From Podarcis muralis (Eukaryota): DNA of 64,000 nucleotides. The notes beneath the pieces were generated by a model. That model made no database searches and had not been told where the DNA came from. It saw only the letters and a program-made list of their open reading frames with translations. The first letter of the stretch is position 1, and each line of letters starts with the position of its first letter. Positions 13,201-26,267 of the stretch are shown piece by piece. Location of the stretch: positions 112,902,001-112,966,000 of the forward strand of contig NC_135656.1 of NCBI RefSeq assembly GCF_964188315.1, read 5' to 3'. The translations under genes were made by a program, and so were the position numbers.

Positions 13201-14565
13201 CGCCTGAACTCAGCCACCATCTTTTCCCTCTCTGCACCTGTTTGTTTCTGCAGCAAAGAGGTCGAAAGAAGAGAAGAGTGGGCCAAAATCAGGCATCTAG
13301 CCTCCTGTTAAAGGATGAGGAGGCCAGGTATCCAAATTAACTTGGAAGGCAACTGCTGACATATTCAGCAGAGAAAGAATTTGTAAAAACTTACAAGCCC
13401 ACCCACTCTTTTAAATGGTCTTTCATGCTTTGTGGGAGATCAGACCATTAAAAAATAAACCTCTTTCTGTATTTCATATTCATTGCCCCCCCCCCCATAT
13501 TGATTCTAGACAATAGCACTTTTTCACCTTAAAGTAGCAATGATACTTACAAGCAGGTCTTGGCTTTCCTTTTCTGTGTTTGCTTTAAATACGAGAATTT
13601 TCTCTCTCTCCTTCTTCACATTGTCTAGGCAGCTGCTGATCTGATCCTGAAAAGAAAACAAAGTCCAAGTTGGGCTGCGCTACACATTAACACAACAACA
13701 TTAACACAACTCGCTGCCCCACATCCCTGGGTCTTTTGCAGAGGTTCCCCTTTTCATACCAGATGAGGAAGAAATGGGGCTGCCCTATATCAGAGCTGAG
13801 AAACATGGGGGTTTTGCTATTTATCCCCCACACTGAACACACCTCCAACATCTCCCCCCCTCCTTTTTATTAAATTAATCCTAGATGTTGTAATCTTTTG
13901 TCCTGGGGGAGTTACTGCAGCCTGAATTCAGGGGGACACCGGTGCACTTTAATCCCTCAAAAAGAAAAATAAATGTTTATTGTATTAATTTTTAGAAGTT
14001 TAGTTGTATCAGGATAATACCTTTTGGGCTGCAAGTTGAGAGAATACATTACAATATTATCATCATTATCATTATTGCAAACCCCTCTTGTCTGCAGCTC
14101 TTCCACCCCCAAGAAAGACCCTCTGCCTTTTCTCACCTTGTACTCCTGGGACGCCTCCTCTAGAGGAACCACCTCGTGGCTTTTGTGCTCCTTGGATCTG
14201 TCACACACCACACAGATGGGGCTTTGGTCCTCCTTGCAGAAGAGCTTCAGGGGCTCCTGGTGCTTCTCACAGACCATCCCCTTTCCTTCCCCCTGCTGTT
14301 TCCCCCACAGATGGCTGAATTCCTTAGTTATTTCCACAAAATTTGCCAGCTGCTGGTTTCGCCTGATGCTGCTTTGCTCAACATTTTCCCTGCACTGAGG
14401 GCAGGAATCCTCTCCCTCGGATTTCTCCCAGCACTGGATCAGGCAGGATCGGCAGAAGTTGTGCCCACACTCCGGGATGATCACTGGATCCCTGAAATAC
14501 TCCAGGCAAATGGAGCAAGTGGCTTCCTCGCAGAGATCCCGGACGGGACCCTCAAAAGCAGCCAT
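7249..14565 (-). CDS. TRIM gene B, complete RING-B-box2-CC-PRY/SPRY protein, 480 aa (TRIM27/TRIM39/TRIM7-like class)
   Basis: Exons 14565-14137, 13646-13551, 13247-13017, 12682-12660, 11669-11548, 9464-9432, 7757-7249 sum to 1443 nt in one open frame. The last exon encodes NVTLDPDTANPSLILSEDRK..ERFD..VLG..GRHFWEV..WGVGVA..RIRVTLNYEGGQVSFYD (B30.2). Confidence 0.92.
9900..10785 (+). mobile_element. Degraded LINE (probably L1-like) fragment in TRIM B intron 5
   Basis: A-rich segment absent from the paralogous introns, ending in AATAAA and an A-rich tail; no intact ORF. Confidence 0.4.
12405..12630. mobile_element. Tigger/Tc1-mariner-type MITE
   Basis: TIRs CAGTGGTACCTCAGGTT / ACCCAAGGTACCACTG, TA TSD; 30 bp from the TRIM B exon-4 donor. 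Confidence 0.8.
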
Positions 14566-14591
14566 GCTTGCTTCGCCAGGAAGGAGGAGCT

Positions 14592-14662
14592 GGTTTCGTT
14601 TTCTCTCTTTTCCGCCTGCAAATGGGCGTGTTCCCTTTCCAGGAAATTCGGATTTCCGGGAA
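14592..14662 (-). promoter_or_regulatory. ISRE-like + two GAS motifs upstream of TRIM B
   Basis: GGTTTCGTTTTCTC (14592-14605), TTCCAGGAA (14637-14645), TTCCGGGAA (14654-14662). Confidence 0.7.
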
Positions 14663-17219
14663 ACTCAGGATCTCTGCTGCCTAGGAGTTGGGTGGAGCCC
14701 CGAGCAGCTTTGATACGGTGGAAATAAATATATTTATTTATTTTAAATGGAGTGCTCATTCTTGGTGGCTGCTCGTTTAAGGAGCCATTTCCCTGTGGGA
14801 GTTGGTGGAGTTTGTTGTAGTTTTGTTGACTATCAGCACGTCAGGCTCAGACCACTTTGCAAGGTAATGAATGAATTGCCGTCTCTCTCCCCCGCCTTCC
14901 TCCATTCACAGCTTCTATCTAGTTAGTAGCCACCGCATACAGAGGAGAAACAGCCCAGCCCTCCATCCCGGTGCCAATTTTTAGTGAATCGTTTTGACAG
15001 AATCGCCGGCGTCTGATAATGTGCAATAATAACCTCTGGAACCAACTCTGCAAACGGCCTTTGCAAATAGCTCAGCTAAATAGTATCCCGATATTTGCCA
15101 ATCACACCGCAGGGCACCTATTAGCAGCAGGTGCTTTAAATTAGCCCCGTTTTCTCAATGAATGCAGCCCTTTGTCAGTGAAAGATCACATTGTTATAAT
15201 AATTTCAAGTTCTCAAATACAAAATAAATACTGTACATAAATGCACACATAACTGAATATTTGAGCCATGTGTCTGAAATAGTATGGGAGAGCAATCCTG
15301 AAGCCATTTCGACTCTCCCAATGGCCCCAAATATTCCTCTGCAGTAAGGGAGGAAAATGGGGAAAGTCCATTCATAAGGGCATATTTGTGTATGAATAGG
15401 ATGAGCATGTGACCTGGATTCAGGAACTAAAGTATTTATGATCACAAAAGAATGGCCAAGCTGCCTGCAATCAGTGACCTTTAACAGGTATCCTAACAGA
15501 AGGATTTCTGCTGAAGACTGCCTCCTTCTGTGATGTATGTCTGATATTTTGTGGGGTTGGTCTTGTGCTACAGGTGGGCAGTTTCAAAAGTCTATATAGG
15601 GGCTTGCACACCATCATTCTGGGTTCTCCTCCCTCCTGCATAGGGTGAGTGGGCAGTGGGCAGTGGGAGGCCCCACTTAGCGAAAGCACGCCTCATGTTA
15701 AGAACAGTTTCGGCTTAAGAACGAATTACGTTCGTCACCCGAGGTACCACTGTAGAGGAGCTTTGCAGGGAGGGCTTTCAAGCACATCTCTGAAGGGACC
15801 CTTGCTAAGATTTCAAATTCTGAGTGCCCAGTGTGTTGGACTTGGGATGACAAGGCCCAGGTTCAAATCCCTTTTGACCATAAACTTGAACGTTTCTCCT
15901 TTTTCTAAGTCTGTCAGCTCAGCCCATCTACCTCACAGGGTTCCTCTGAGGATAAAAAAGGATATCACCCTCCTAAAATCCCTGGAGGAAGTGTCATGGG
16001 GAATGGATATTATACTGTTGAAACACCACAGGAGTAACAAGAAGTACAATCTTTAGTAGAATCAAACATGTTAGCGCATGAAACATATCCCCAAATTATT
16101 TTAGGCTCGTTATACAAAAAGATAAGAAGAGGGGATTTTTAAAAATACAGGTAAGTATCTGACTCTTCATTACAAACCACCTTGGTGAAAATAATGTTAT
16201 ACATGGGAATTTACCACACACACATACCCCAAAATTCTCAATGTTTGCCAATGTTTTCTCCTCAGAGCTTCTGACAGAGGCTCTTCACTGTCGAAGGGGA
16301 TTTTGTTACATCGAGACCCAAAACCTGCACAGGGGTTACGTCTCTGGGGTCAGCATGCAAAGGCAATGTGGTGCAAGTCAGGAAGACCCCCGAAAATGCC
16401 CCCTAAGCAACCATACTACTTGTCTGAAGCCAGAGATCTTGACCTTTCTAGAGGTCAGTAAGCAAGGTGGACTTAGAAACTCTTTCCACCATTGCCAAAG
16501 GCCCCCCCCCCAACAAAAATGCTTTCTGGGCTCTGGAGACTATTGTGAGATCTCACACAGTCCCTTCCAACAGTTTTTCCCGGTCTCTCACCCTCTTTCC
16601 ATTTATTAATTTGTGTTTTGACGAAGGGCTCCAGGCTGAGATCACGCAAGTAAGTTGCACATGAATTTTGGGCCGACTGTACTCAAACTAGCAAACAATA
16701 TTTGGATATGGAGATTTTGCTGAATTGCCACATAAGCTTCCCTGAGTAGTAGCAAAAAAAGGGATTTTGGAACTTCCATCTCCATGACAGTGGAGGTCTT
16801 GCGGGGAGGGAAAGGGAATCTGAGTTCAGGATTGAGGCCGAGGAATGTCTATAGAAAATGTGTCAGAATTGGAGGTTGGAGAGAGAACTACATCGAAACA
16901 GGAATGCGGGGAGGTTTGTTGTTGTTTCCTAAATTATTTTCTTGCTTCTTTCCCCCTTTGCACCTCCTTGACTGGCAGAAATAGCCCATTCCCAAGGGAG
17001 AGAGAACAGGCAAGTTTGGGGACTGTCAGGGGTCCCAATTAATCAGTGTCATTTACAAAGCTGGCCTGAGAAGGGAGGGTTGCATCATGATTGACACAAG
17101 GGATGGCCAATCACAGTTCTGCAAATATGGTTTCTCAAGTGCTTGTCAGCTCAGTCCTGTAGAGGAGACTGGATATGTCATTATGGCAATGAATATACGC
17201 TTGTCTGTCTGCACATCAG

Positions 17220-20200
17220 TCAATAGAGTCTCAGCTTCGCTTTCCTGCTTATGTAAAAGAAGGGCTGGAGGGTCTCTCCTGAGAAGGAGGCTGCCAGGAA
17301 TGTGTAGAGGAGGACTGCCGTGTCTGCATCGTAAAAGGACACCTGTCTCCCTTCACAGTTCAGGGCCACTCGGATCCTCTTGGGCTCCTCACTTGGAACA
17401 GGGGCCTCATGGGGGGAGAATAACCTGTACCCATTGCCCCACTTCCCCAAGCCCCAGATCCAACCCCAGATCCCTTCCCTAGGACCGAAAGAGAAAACCC
17501 CCTTCCTCTTCACAGACTTTCTGGCCACCCCCACCCCCCACCCCTCCTCTCTTCTCACAATGACTTCCCAAAAATGTCTGCCTGCTGTGAAACCCTCACA
17601 ACCCAGCACATAGGTAAGTGTGTCAAATCTCTCAGGGTTGTCTGGCAGGTCTTGATAGATGTCTCCCTTTCTCACTCTCTTTTGATCCTTGGACAGGATG
17701 AGGAGGGGATGTGCTGTGTCTGGATCCAAAGTTACGTTTTCTGTGGGGGCAGATGAGGAAAGAGAAGAGAAACAACGTCAACGGGGAAACTGACTTTTCT
17801 TTAGGCACATGACAGAAATAGCATCCCCTCTGAAATGAACAGGGACTCCATGGCTCTGCATTCGAGAGAGGAATGTTCATCAAGTTCTTAATAAGGATTC
17901 TTGAAACATTTGCAGTTCTTTCAAGGGTTCACACCATTATCTATATAGAACCTGACCCTGTAAGTTAAGTCAATCTTAGCATACCCATTTTTCAGATGGG
18001 AGGACTGAGGCTGAAAGACAGTCAGTGGCGTAGCGTGGGTTGTCAGCACCCGGGGCAAGGCAAGTAATTTGTGCCCCCTAACCCGTGGATTGGCGCCCCC
18101 TAACCCGTGGATTTGCGCCCCTAACCCTAACCCCCAGATGTTGCGCCCGGTGCGGCCGGCCCCCCCCCTGACCCCCCACGCTACGCCACTGGAGACAGTG
18201 GCTTGTCTATGGCCACCCCTACGCCCACCATTCATGGCAGAAGGGAGTCCAAGCAGGGATTCCCTAATTCACATCAATCTTTTACCTCACATCACATGGC
18301 AGACCATGCTTGACAGGTCAGGTAAAACTCTCATCCTCCCTGCAGGTGCTCTCACCCTCCCTGTAACCACCATTCAAGTTTCAGTTACATATTTAACATT
18401 ATATTATAGACCATCCTTCCAGAGAGTTTATGAAAAGCAAGAAAGTGGTTAGGCTACCACGACCCCCCTTGTGTGAAATGTCCTGCTTGGGATTCTTGAA
18501 AGCGCATCGTAAAATTGTAGAGCTGCAAGGGACCCCAAGGATCACCTAGTCCAACCCCCTGCAATGTAGGGATCCCAAATAAGCATCCAGCACAGGGGGG
18601 CACCTAACCTTTGCTTAAAAACCTCCAAGGAAGGAGAGTCCACCACCTTCTGAGGGACTCCCTTCCATGTTCTGCAGTTTGGGCCTTTGGTGTGTTTCCC
18701 CCAGGCAAACTATGAGCAGTCAGCCAAGAACTAACTTGATTATCTCTTACGGTTTGGTAAAAGCAGAGCTTTTAAATTGACAACTATTACATCGTTGATA
18801 TGAATGGCTTTCTTTTTCTGTGAATTGTGTTAATGCATTTATTGTTGCAATCTCAAGATGAAAGGCAAGATTTATAAAACCTAGGAAGTGCCATTCCCAC
18901 CTGTCACCTTCAACGCAAAGACCCCATCCTGGTTCCCCAGGCCTGATTGGCTATATGATGATTCATTTTTTTCACTGCTCCTCACATTTATGGAAAAAGT
19001 GGGCAGTGGAAGCACAATAAGAAGTCTATTTAAAAATTGGTCAGGCTGGTGGGCATTAGGGAGAAGATCTGCTCTGCAGTCCTCTCACCTGCTCCCCACG
19101 TTATGGAAAGTTTGTGAAGCAATTTCTTTTTAAAGACACACATTTGTACAGTGGCCTTTGGAAATTATGTGGGATATTGGATGTTGCGATGCTGCTATTA
19201 GTAAAAAAATATTGTTAAATGTAATGGTTTTTTCTAGTTTATTGTTGTATTGGTTAGCCTTTATGTATTTTACTTGCTGCTGTTTTCTAAAAGAATCCCA
19301 GAATGTACTTTTAAAAATAAGTAGGAGTTTCCTTTATGCTTCCATCTGCTGCACCTTTTCCAGCTCTTATGAATCCCTTTTTGTGGTTTTCAGGATCAGG
19401 CCAGACTGGACTTTTGTCTTCCCATTGAGCCTTTCCTCCTGGTCTATGCTGTAATTCTGTCCTTCTCTTTTAAGTTTACTCAGGTTTCTCTAGTCCGCCA
19501 TCATGTTGCAGCAGAGAAGTCATACAATACAATACAATACAATACAATACAATACAATACAATACAATACAATACAATACAATACAATAGCTGACTGAAG
19601 ACCCCCATCTTGCAGGGAAGCCGGACCACTGAAGTTCACAGTCAGGCAGCCCCCCAGCTCCCTCCACAGACATCAGAACCCATTCACCTTCTAGCCCCCA
19701 AAGGTTGTTGCAGCCATTTTCTGAGCTATTTCTGTTCATGCATTTCCCATGTGTGAGTAAACCTTACTCTTACATAAGCTCTCCTAAAAGGGGTGGGGAT
19801 CTGGTATGGCTCAAAGGGATATTTCCCCCTCATGTGCCGGGAGCCTTTGGCTTCACACCACCCCTGTGTCTTATTGAGATTGGGCACAGAAAAGCCAGCC
19901 ATCCTGAGCTGGGGGCTTCCTAAGAGTCTGCAGGATCAGGCCAAGAGCCCCTCTAGCCCAGCAAGCTGCTCTCATGGAACAGATGCCTCTGGGAAATAAG
20001 GGGAAATACGGCATGGACGGAAGAGGTGCAGTGGCCTGGTCTTTTGAGAAGTGGATCCCATCTCTCCCGAATTTCTGCCTCTGTTTGACTTGGAAATGGT
20101 TAGGGAAACCCAGCCAGATGGGCAGGGTATAAATAATACTTATAATTATTATTAAATGTACCTTTTCGCAGCTGAAGTCCATATTCCACAGTGTCTGGAA

Positions 20201-21619
20201 GAGAAAAGGGAGCAGAGATTAGGATCACACCATCATGCAGATAACAAACCTGGAAAGAACAGTATGAGCTCATGAGATTGTAGGCAGGTGTTGTGGACTA
20301 CAAGTCCCATCATCCCTAACCACTGGCCATGCCAGCTGGAGTGATTCCAGAGACCAGCAAGAAGGGTTTACCATCCCCTTTCAATTGCCTAAGTAAAATC
20401 AGTTGTGAATCATCTACATATTAAAGTGTGGCTTCTAGATATTGAAAAAGAATAATCAAATAAACCATCCATTTTCCTGGCATGGCTAATATTCCGTATG
20501 ACCTGGAGCCTTTCATGAACACTTCTAAACATTCAGTATAAAATATTTTCAGCCCTTCTTTACTACCTCTGAATTTTTCCATGACTCCCTCCAGGAAGGG
20601 ATTAATATCACAGAAGTCCCAGATCCTCCACTTCAGGGCAAGAGGAAAAGCCACAGGAGGATCCTCTAAGTTCTCCTTCTCCTGAGACCTGGGAGGAGAA
20701 GAACAAAGTCAAGCCACCATCCTTCCAATGCAAGGAGCTTTCTGACAAGGCAGGGGTCTCATCCTGATGATAAAGGCATGATGGATATATCCTGAAGACT
20801 TGGGAGCAGGGTTTTTCCAATGGTAAAAGGGAGCATCTAGAGAGCACCTAACAAGTTGAAGGAAAACCGACACACACCTGCTTCCATAATATACAGAAGG
20901 AAATATAGGAATATGAGATCACATAGATCAGCCTCTTTACCTTCAAATTAATTTTTTTAGGAAACTGAGCAACACTGGGTCCTTACGCGGAGATTTTAGG
21001 ACTACACCAGTTACAGTGAAGCATTTCAAGTGATCAATGAGCAAAACATATTGATCTGGTATGTGCATTTCTGAAATATAAGGAAAATCAGAAAGCTTTA
21101 GAACGCCTTTTGCGCTGCTGGAATGGCATTTGAAAGATGAAGTAAAATCGGTTATGATACACTGGGCCAAAGATTTTGGATATAATATACAGCTAAAAGA
21201 ATGAGAGAGCTTGTGGAAAGAAAGAATAAAATTTACATCATGTAATGCTCTGAAAGAGAATGTGATGAAAATGATGTATAGGTGGTATATTACTCCCGTG
21301 AAATTAGCTAAAATGTATAAGACAAGTGATAAATGTTGGAAATGTAAAGAAAAATGAACTTTTTATCATATGTGGTGGGAATGTAAGAAAGTAAAAAGCT
21401 TCTGTGAGTGTAGATGGGATCAATAGCTACCACAAAAATGTGTCCCTATTTTTGTCTGTGATTTTGTGAAAATGGACAATGGTGTCCTAAATTATCTCTG
21501 GAATGAGGAAGTGTAGAGTGAGTTTCTCACCTGTTAAACAGCAAAATTCATAGCATCAGAATAAGGCAGGGGTTTCCCATCACTTACCTCTGCAAGAAGC
21601 TTCCTATATCCTGGAGGGA

Positions 21620-21667
<48 letters not shown>

Positions 21668-23639
21668 AGTCAGTGGAGCCAGTTCTACTGTTATCAATTT
21701 TGCGAGAACACAATGCTAAAGTGAAGAAGCCTGTGGTTTGATCTAGCAGCACCCCTTTTGTGACCCCAGGCCTTTCACCCTTCATGTACCAATTGTTTTC
21801 TTTGCAGCAGCTTTTTTTAGGATGGGGGCTAAGACATGTTATCCTCCTGCCTGTAGTTTGAAGCATCACACTCCACCCTCTCGCATCAGGATGAGGCCTC
21901 ACCTGCAGGAGTTCAGTCGCTGGTTCCTGAAGCTTCTCCTCCATCTCCCGGATGAGGCTGTCAAGAGAGGAGAGTTCCCTGGAGAGTCTGGCCAGGTGGT
22001 CCTCCCTTTGGGCTGCAATCTCCTTCTCCACTTCTGCCATCTGGGCCAAGATATGTTTCTCCTGTTCTTCCAGAAACTGGTGCAGTCGCCTGAACTCAGC
22101 CACCATCTTTTCCCTCTCTGCACCTGTTTGTTTCTGCAGCAAAGAGGTTGAAAGAAGAGAACAGTGGGCCAATATCAGGCATCTAGTCTGCTCTTGAAGG
22201 ATGAAGAGGGCCAGGGGTCAGCAAATGTTTTCAGCAGGGGGCTGGTCCACTGTCCCTCAGACCTTGTGGGGGGCTGGACTAAAAATATATATGAAGGAAT
22301 TCCTATGCCCCACAAATAACCCAGAGATGCATTTTAAATAAAAGCACACATTCTACTCATGTAAAAACACACTGATTCCCGAACCGTCCGCAAGCCAGAT
22401 TGAGAAGGTGATTGGGGCCTGATCCGGCCCATGAGCCTTAGTTTGCCTACCCATGACTTATCCAAATTCCCCTGGAAGGGCATGCCTGACATTTTAGAGT
22501 GATTATGCCAATATTCAGCAGGGAAAGAGCTTCATAAACACAAGCCCACCCCCCTTTTTAAATGGCCTTTCATGTTCTGTGGGAGATAAGGCTGTTCAAA
22601 AAGAAACCTCTCTCTGTATTCCATATATACCCCCCCCCCCAGATATTGATTCTAAACTGTAGCATTTTTTCTCCTTAAAGTAAAAATGATGCTTACAAGC
22701 AGGTCTTGGCTTTCCTTTTCTGTGTCTGCTTTAAGTACTAGAATTTTCTCTCTCTCCTTCCTCACATTGTCTAGGCAGCTGCTGATCTGATCCTGAAAAG
22801 AAAAGAAAATCCAAGTTAGGCTGCATTACACATTAACAGGGAAGCTGAATCGTATGTTTGCTCCCTGCCCCACATCCCTGGGTCTTTTGCAGAGGTTCCC
22901 CCTTTTCATCCCAGATGAGGCAGAAATGGGGCTGCCCTATATCAGAGCTGAGAAACATGGGGGTTTTGCTATTTGTCCCCCACACTCAACACACCTCCAA
23001 AATGTCCTCCCTCCTTTTTATTAAATTAATCCTAGATGTTATTTATAGTTTCAGAAGTTAAGTCTTATCAGGCAGCAAAAGATTCTTGCTCTATAACTCC
23101 TTAGGGGCTGCAAGTGGAGAGAATACATGACAAGATTTATTTATTTTTTTGCAAGCCCCTCTTGTCTGCAGCTTTTCCACCCCCAATAAAGACCCACTGC
23201 CTTTTCCTACCTTGTACTCCTGGGACGCCTCCTCTAGAGGAACCACATCGTGGCTTTTGTGCTCCTTAGATACATTACACAAGACACAGATGGGGCTTTG
23301 GTCCTCCTGACAGAAGAGCTTCAGGGGCTCCTGGTGCTTCTCGCAGACTCTCCCCTTTCCTTCTCCCTCCTCTTTCCCCCCCAGATGGCTGAATTTCTTA
23401 ATTATTTCTACAAAATTTGCCAGCTGCTGGTTTCCCCTGATGCTGCCTTGCTCCACTGTTTCCCTGCACTGAGGGCAGGAAGCCTCTCCCTCGGATTTCC
23501 CCCAGCACTGGATCAGGCAGGATCGGCAGAAGTTGTGCCCGCACTCCGGGATGATCACTGGATCCCTGAAATACTCCAGGCAGATGGGGCAAGTGGCTTC
23601 CTCGCGGAGATCCTGCACGGGACCCCCAGAAGCAGCCAT
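17220..23639 (-). CDS. TRIM gene C, complete RING-B-box2-CC-PRY/SPRY protein, 484 aa
   Basis: Exons 23639-23211, 22792-22697, 22133-21903, 21610-21588, 20688-20567, 20194-20162, 17740-17220 sum to 1455 nt, open frame, canonical splice sites. Confidence 0.92.
18023..18191. mobile_element. hAT-type MITE (CAGTGGCGTAGCGTGGG TIR family)
   Basis: TIRs; 8-bp TSD AAGACAGT/GAGACAGT; internal ~21-bp repeats. Confidence 0.8.
19524..19588. repeat. (TACAA)n microsatellite
   Basis: Direct reading. Confidence 0.95.
21172..21405 (+). mobile_element. L1-like ORF2 3' fragment
   Basis: Encodes a KLAKMYK..KCWKC..FYHMWWEC Cys-rich motif homologous to the L1 at 38676-41055. Confidence 0.75.
21618..21668. repeat. 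(AAAG)n microsatellite at the exon-4 acceptor of TRIM C (homologous (TTTC)n at 43441-43512 in E)
   Basis: Direct reading. Confidence 0.9.
22212..22455. mobile_element. hAT-like MITE in TRIM C intron 2
   Basis: CAGGGGTCAGCAAA / TTTGCCTACCCATG termini; absent in paralogues; TSD not evident. Confidence 0.5.
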
Positions 23640-23665
23640 GGTTGCCTCGCCAAAAAGAGAGAGTT

Positions 23666-23719
23666 GGTTTCCTTTTATCTCTTTTACGTCTGAAAATGGG
23701 CGTGTTCCCTTTCCAGGAA
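23666..23719 (-). promoter_or_regulatory. Degenerate ISRE + GAS upstream of TRIM C
   Basis: GGTTTCCTTTTATC (second half-site altered); TTCCAGGAA at 23711-23719. Confidence 0.55.
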
Positions 23720-24828
23720 ATTCAGATGCGATCACTCAGGATCCCTGCTGCCTTGAAGTTGGCTGTAGCTCCGAGCCGCTTTGATATGGTGGAAGTATAT
23801 ATTTTTATTTATTTTAAATGCAGTGCTCATCTTTGGGGGCTGCTTTTTTAAGGAACCATTTCCCTGTGGGAGCTGGTGGAGTTTGTTGACTATCAGCATG
23901 TCAGCCTCAGACTACTTTGCAAGCTGATGAATGAATTGCCGTCCCCTTCCCCCGCCCCCCTCCATTCACACTCCTCTTTCCAGTTAGTAGCCAATAAATA
24001 CAGAGGAGAAATAGCCCAACCCTCCATCCTGGTGCCAGTTTTTAGTGAGTCGTTTTTACAAAATCGCCAGCGTCTGATAATATGCAATAACCTCTGGAAC
24101 CAACTCTGCAAACGGCCTTTGCGAACAGCTCAGCTAAATGGTATCCAGATACTTGCCAATCACACCGCAGCGCAGCTATTAACAGCAGGTGCTTTCACTT
24201 AGCCCCATTTTCTCAATGAATGCAGCCCTTTGTCAGTGAAATATTACATTGTTATAAGAATTTTAAGGTCTCAAATATAGAATAAATACTCATCAATGCA
24301 CACATATAGGAATATATGAACCATGTGTCTGAAATGGTACGGGAGAGCAATCCTGAAGCCATTTTGACCCCAAATATTCCTCTGCAGTAAGGGAGAAAAA
24401 TTGGGAAAGCCTTCCCATTGTCTTTTTGCTTACAAATCCATTCTTAAGGGCATATTTGTGTGTGAATAGGGCGAGCCTGTGATTATTTATTCCTTCCTTC
24501 CATCCAAGTCATAGAGGATACAGCTTTAAATGGCTATGATTCATGATGGCTATAAACCACCTCCAGGATCAAAGGAACCATTCCTCCCAATTCCAGGCTC
24601 TGCAGAGCAGAAGAAGGAGAAAGCGCTCTTACTTACTGGCTTATTTATTTCATAAAAAATTATACACCACTTGTTTTGTAAAACAAAAACAAAAAAACCA
24701 ACAACACCAAAGTAGTTTACAGAAAGATAAAATCAGGAGGTGGGGGAATAAAATATACCAGAAGGTAAACTACTAAAACATATTTTCTAAGCATCCGGGT
24801 AGGCTTGACGAGACCAGAATGTTTTTAG

Positions 24829-25620
24829 TAAAGGTAAAGGGACCCCTGACCATTAGGTCCAGTCGTGGCTGACTCTGGGGTTGTGGCGCTCATCTTGCTT
24901 TATTGGCCAAGGGAGCCGGCGTACAGCTTCCGGGTCATGTGGCCAGCATGACTAAGCCACTTCTGGCAAACAAGAGCAGCGCACGGAAACACCGTTTACC
25001 TTCCCGCCGGAGTGGTACCTATTTATCTACTTGCACTTTGACGTGCTTTCAAACTGCTAGTGTAATGGGAATTGGGGTTGCTTGTACGTAAGCCACAAAC
25101 TGCTCCAAGCTGCTTGTGTAGCTAAACCTTTCCCTGGCTGGACAGCCCTTACAACTCGGCCGTCTCAGTCGCTGGCAGAATCCGTCAGTGGGCGTTTCCT
25201 GAACTTCTTCCAACATAAAAATTCTTTGACAGCAAGTCTCCGCCTAGCTTCTCTGCGCGGAAGCTTTCTGCGCAGAGTAGGCGTGCCAAGCGGAGGTCCT
25301 GCGCTCTCCCCGCTGATCTCACTGGAAGAGTCTCGGAGCCTTACCTCCGAAGTCCTCTCGGCTTCCCCTTTCTTCCTGGCGTCACTCTGATTTCTTTCCC
25401 CAGCGGGAGCTCTCCCTCTCTCCCTGCTAGTTCCCTCTCCGGCCTCATTGGGGAGCCTTACCTCTCCTCTTGGCTCCGATGGCAGTTCCCTGACAGCTAG
25501 GTTGGCAGGAGCAGGGACTGAGCAACAGGCGCTCACCCCGTCATGGGGATTCGAACCACCGACCTTCTGATCGGCAAGTCCTAGGCTCAGTGGTTTAACC
25601 CACAGCGCCACCCATGTCAC
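24829..25620 (-). mobile_element. Sauria SINE interrupted by a solo LTR
   Basis: (TAAAGG) tail at 24829, tRNA-like head near 25610, TSD-like CCAGAATGTTTT on both sides. Confidence 0.85.
25061..25495. mobile_element. Solo LTR
   Basis: TGTAATGGGAA...TTCCCTGACA (TG..CA) with exact 5-bp TSD GCTAG. Confidence 0.8.
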
Positions 25621-26052
25621 CCAGAATGTTTTAGCAGGCACCAAAAAGAACACAGTGAAGGCACCTGCTTGATATCAAGAGGCAAGGAGTCCCAAAGTGT
25701 AGATGCTGCCGCACCAAATGACCAGGTTCTTACAAATGCAGAACTGGTGTCTTGGTGTCTATGGCCCCCCCCGTAGGTTTCCAGCTTCCAGGTTCTGCTT
25801 TGGTTTTTAACCAGAATGTTAAGGTCAGCCAACCAGAGACAGGGGCACAACTGTGGCTTCGCCAGGCAGACAGCATATGCCCAACCCAGAAATTTGTGAT
25901 CAGGACCAGAATCAAGCTTGGGTGTCTATGGACACAAAAATTCAGTCCTGATTCCCTTTCCGGTTTCCTCCCAGCGAATGATTCCTGCACCGCACAGGGT
26001 TGGACTAGATGGCTCTTGTGGTCCCTTCCAACTCTATGATCCTATGAATGTA

Positions 26053-26267
26053 CAGTGGTACCTTGGGTTAAGAACTTAATTCGTTCTGGAGGTCCGTTCT
26101 TAACCTGAAACTGTTCTTAACCTGAAGCACCACTTTAGCTAATGGGGCCTCCCGCTGCCGTCATGCGATTTCTGTTCTCATCCTGAGGTAAAGTTCTTAA
26201 CCTGAGGTATTATTTCTGGGTTAGTGGAGTCTGTAACCTGAAGCGTCTGTGACCCGAGGTACCACTG
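26053..26267. mobile_element. Tigger-type MITE (same family as 12405-12630)
   Basis: CAGTGGTACC..GGTACCACTG TIRs, TA TSD. Confidence 0.8.

Noticed and set aside
21611-21720. Absence of the intron-3 L2 in gene C as a phylogenetic marker
   Set aside because: C has a deletion across that interval, so the state is uninformative.
23640-23735. 32-aa N-terminal extension of TRIM C
   Set aside because: Begins at a non-ATG codon and overlaps the promoter motifs; paralogues start at the conserved MAA.
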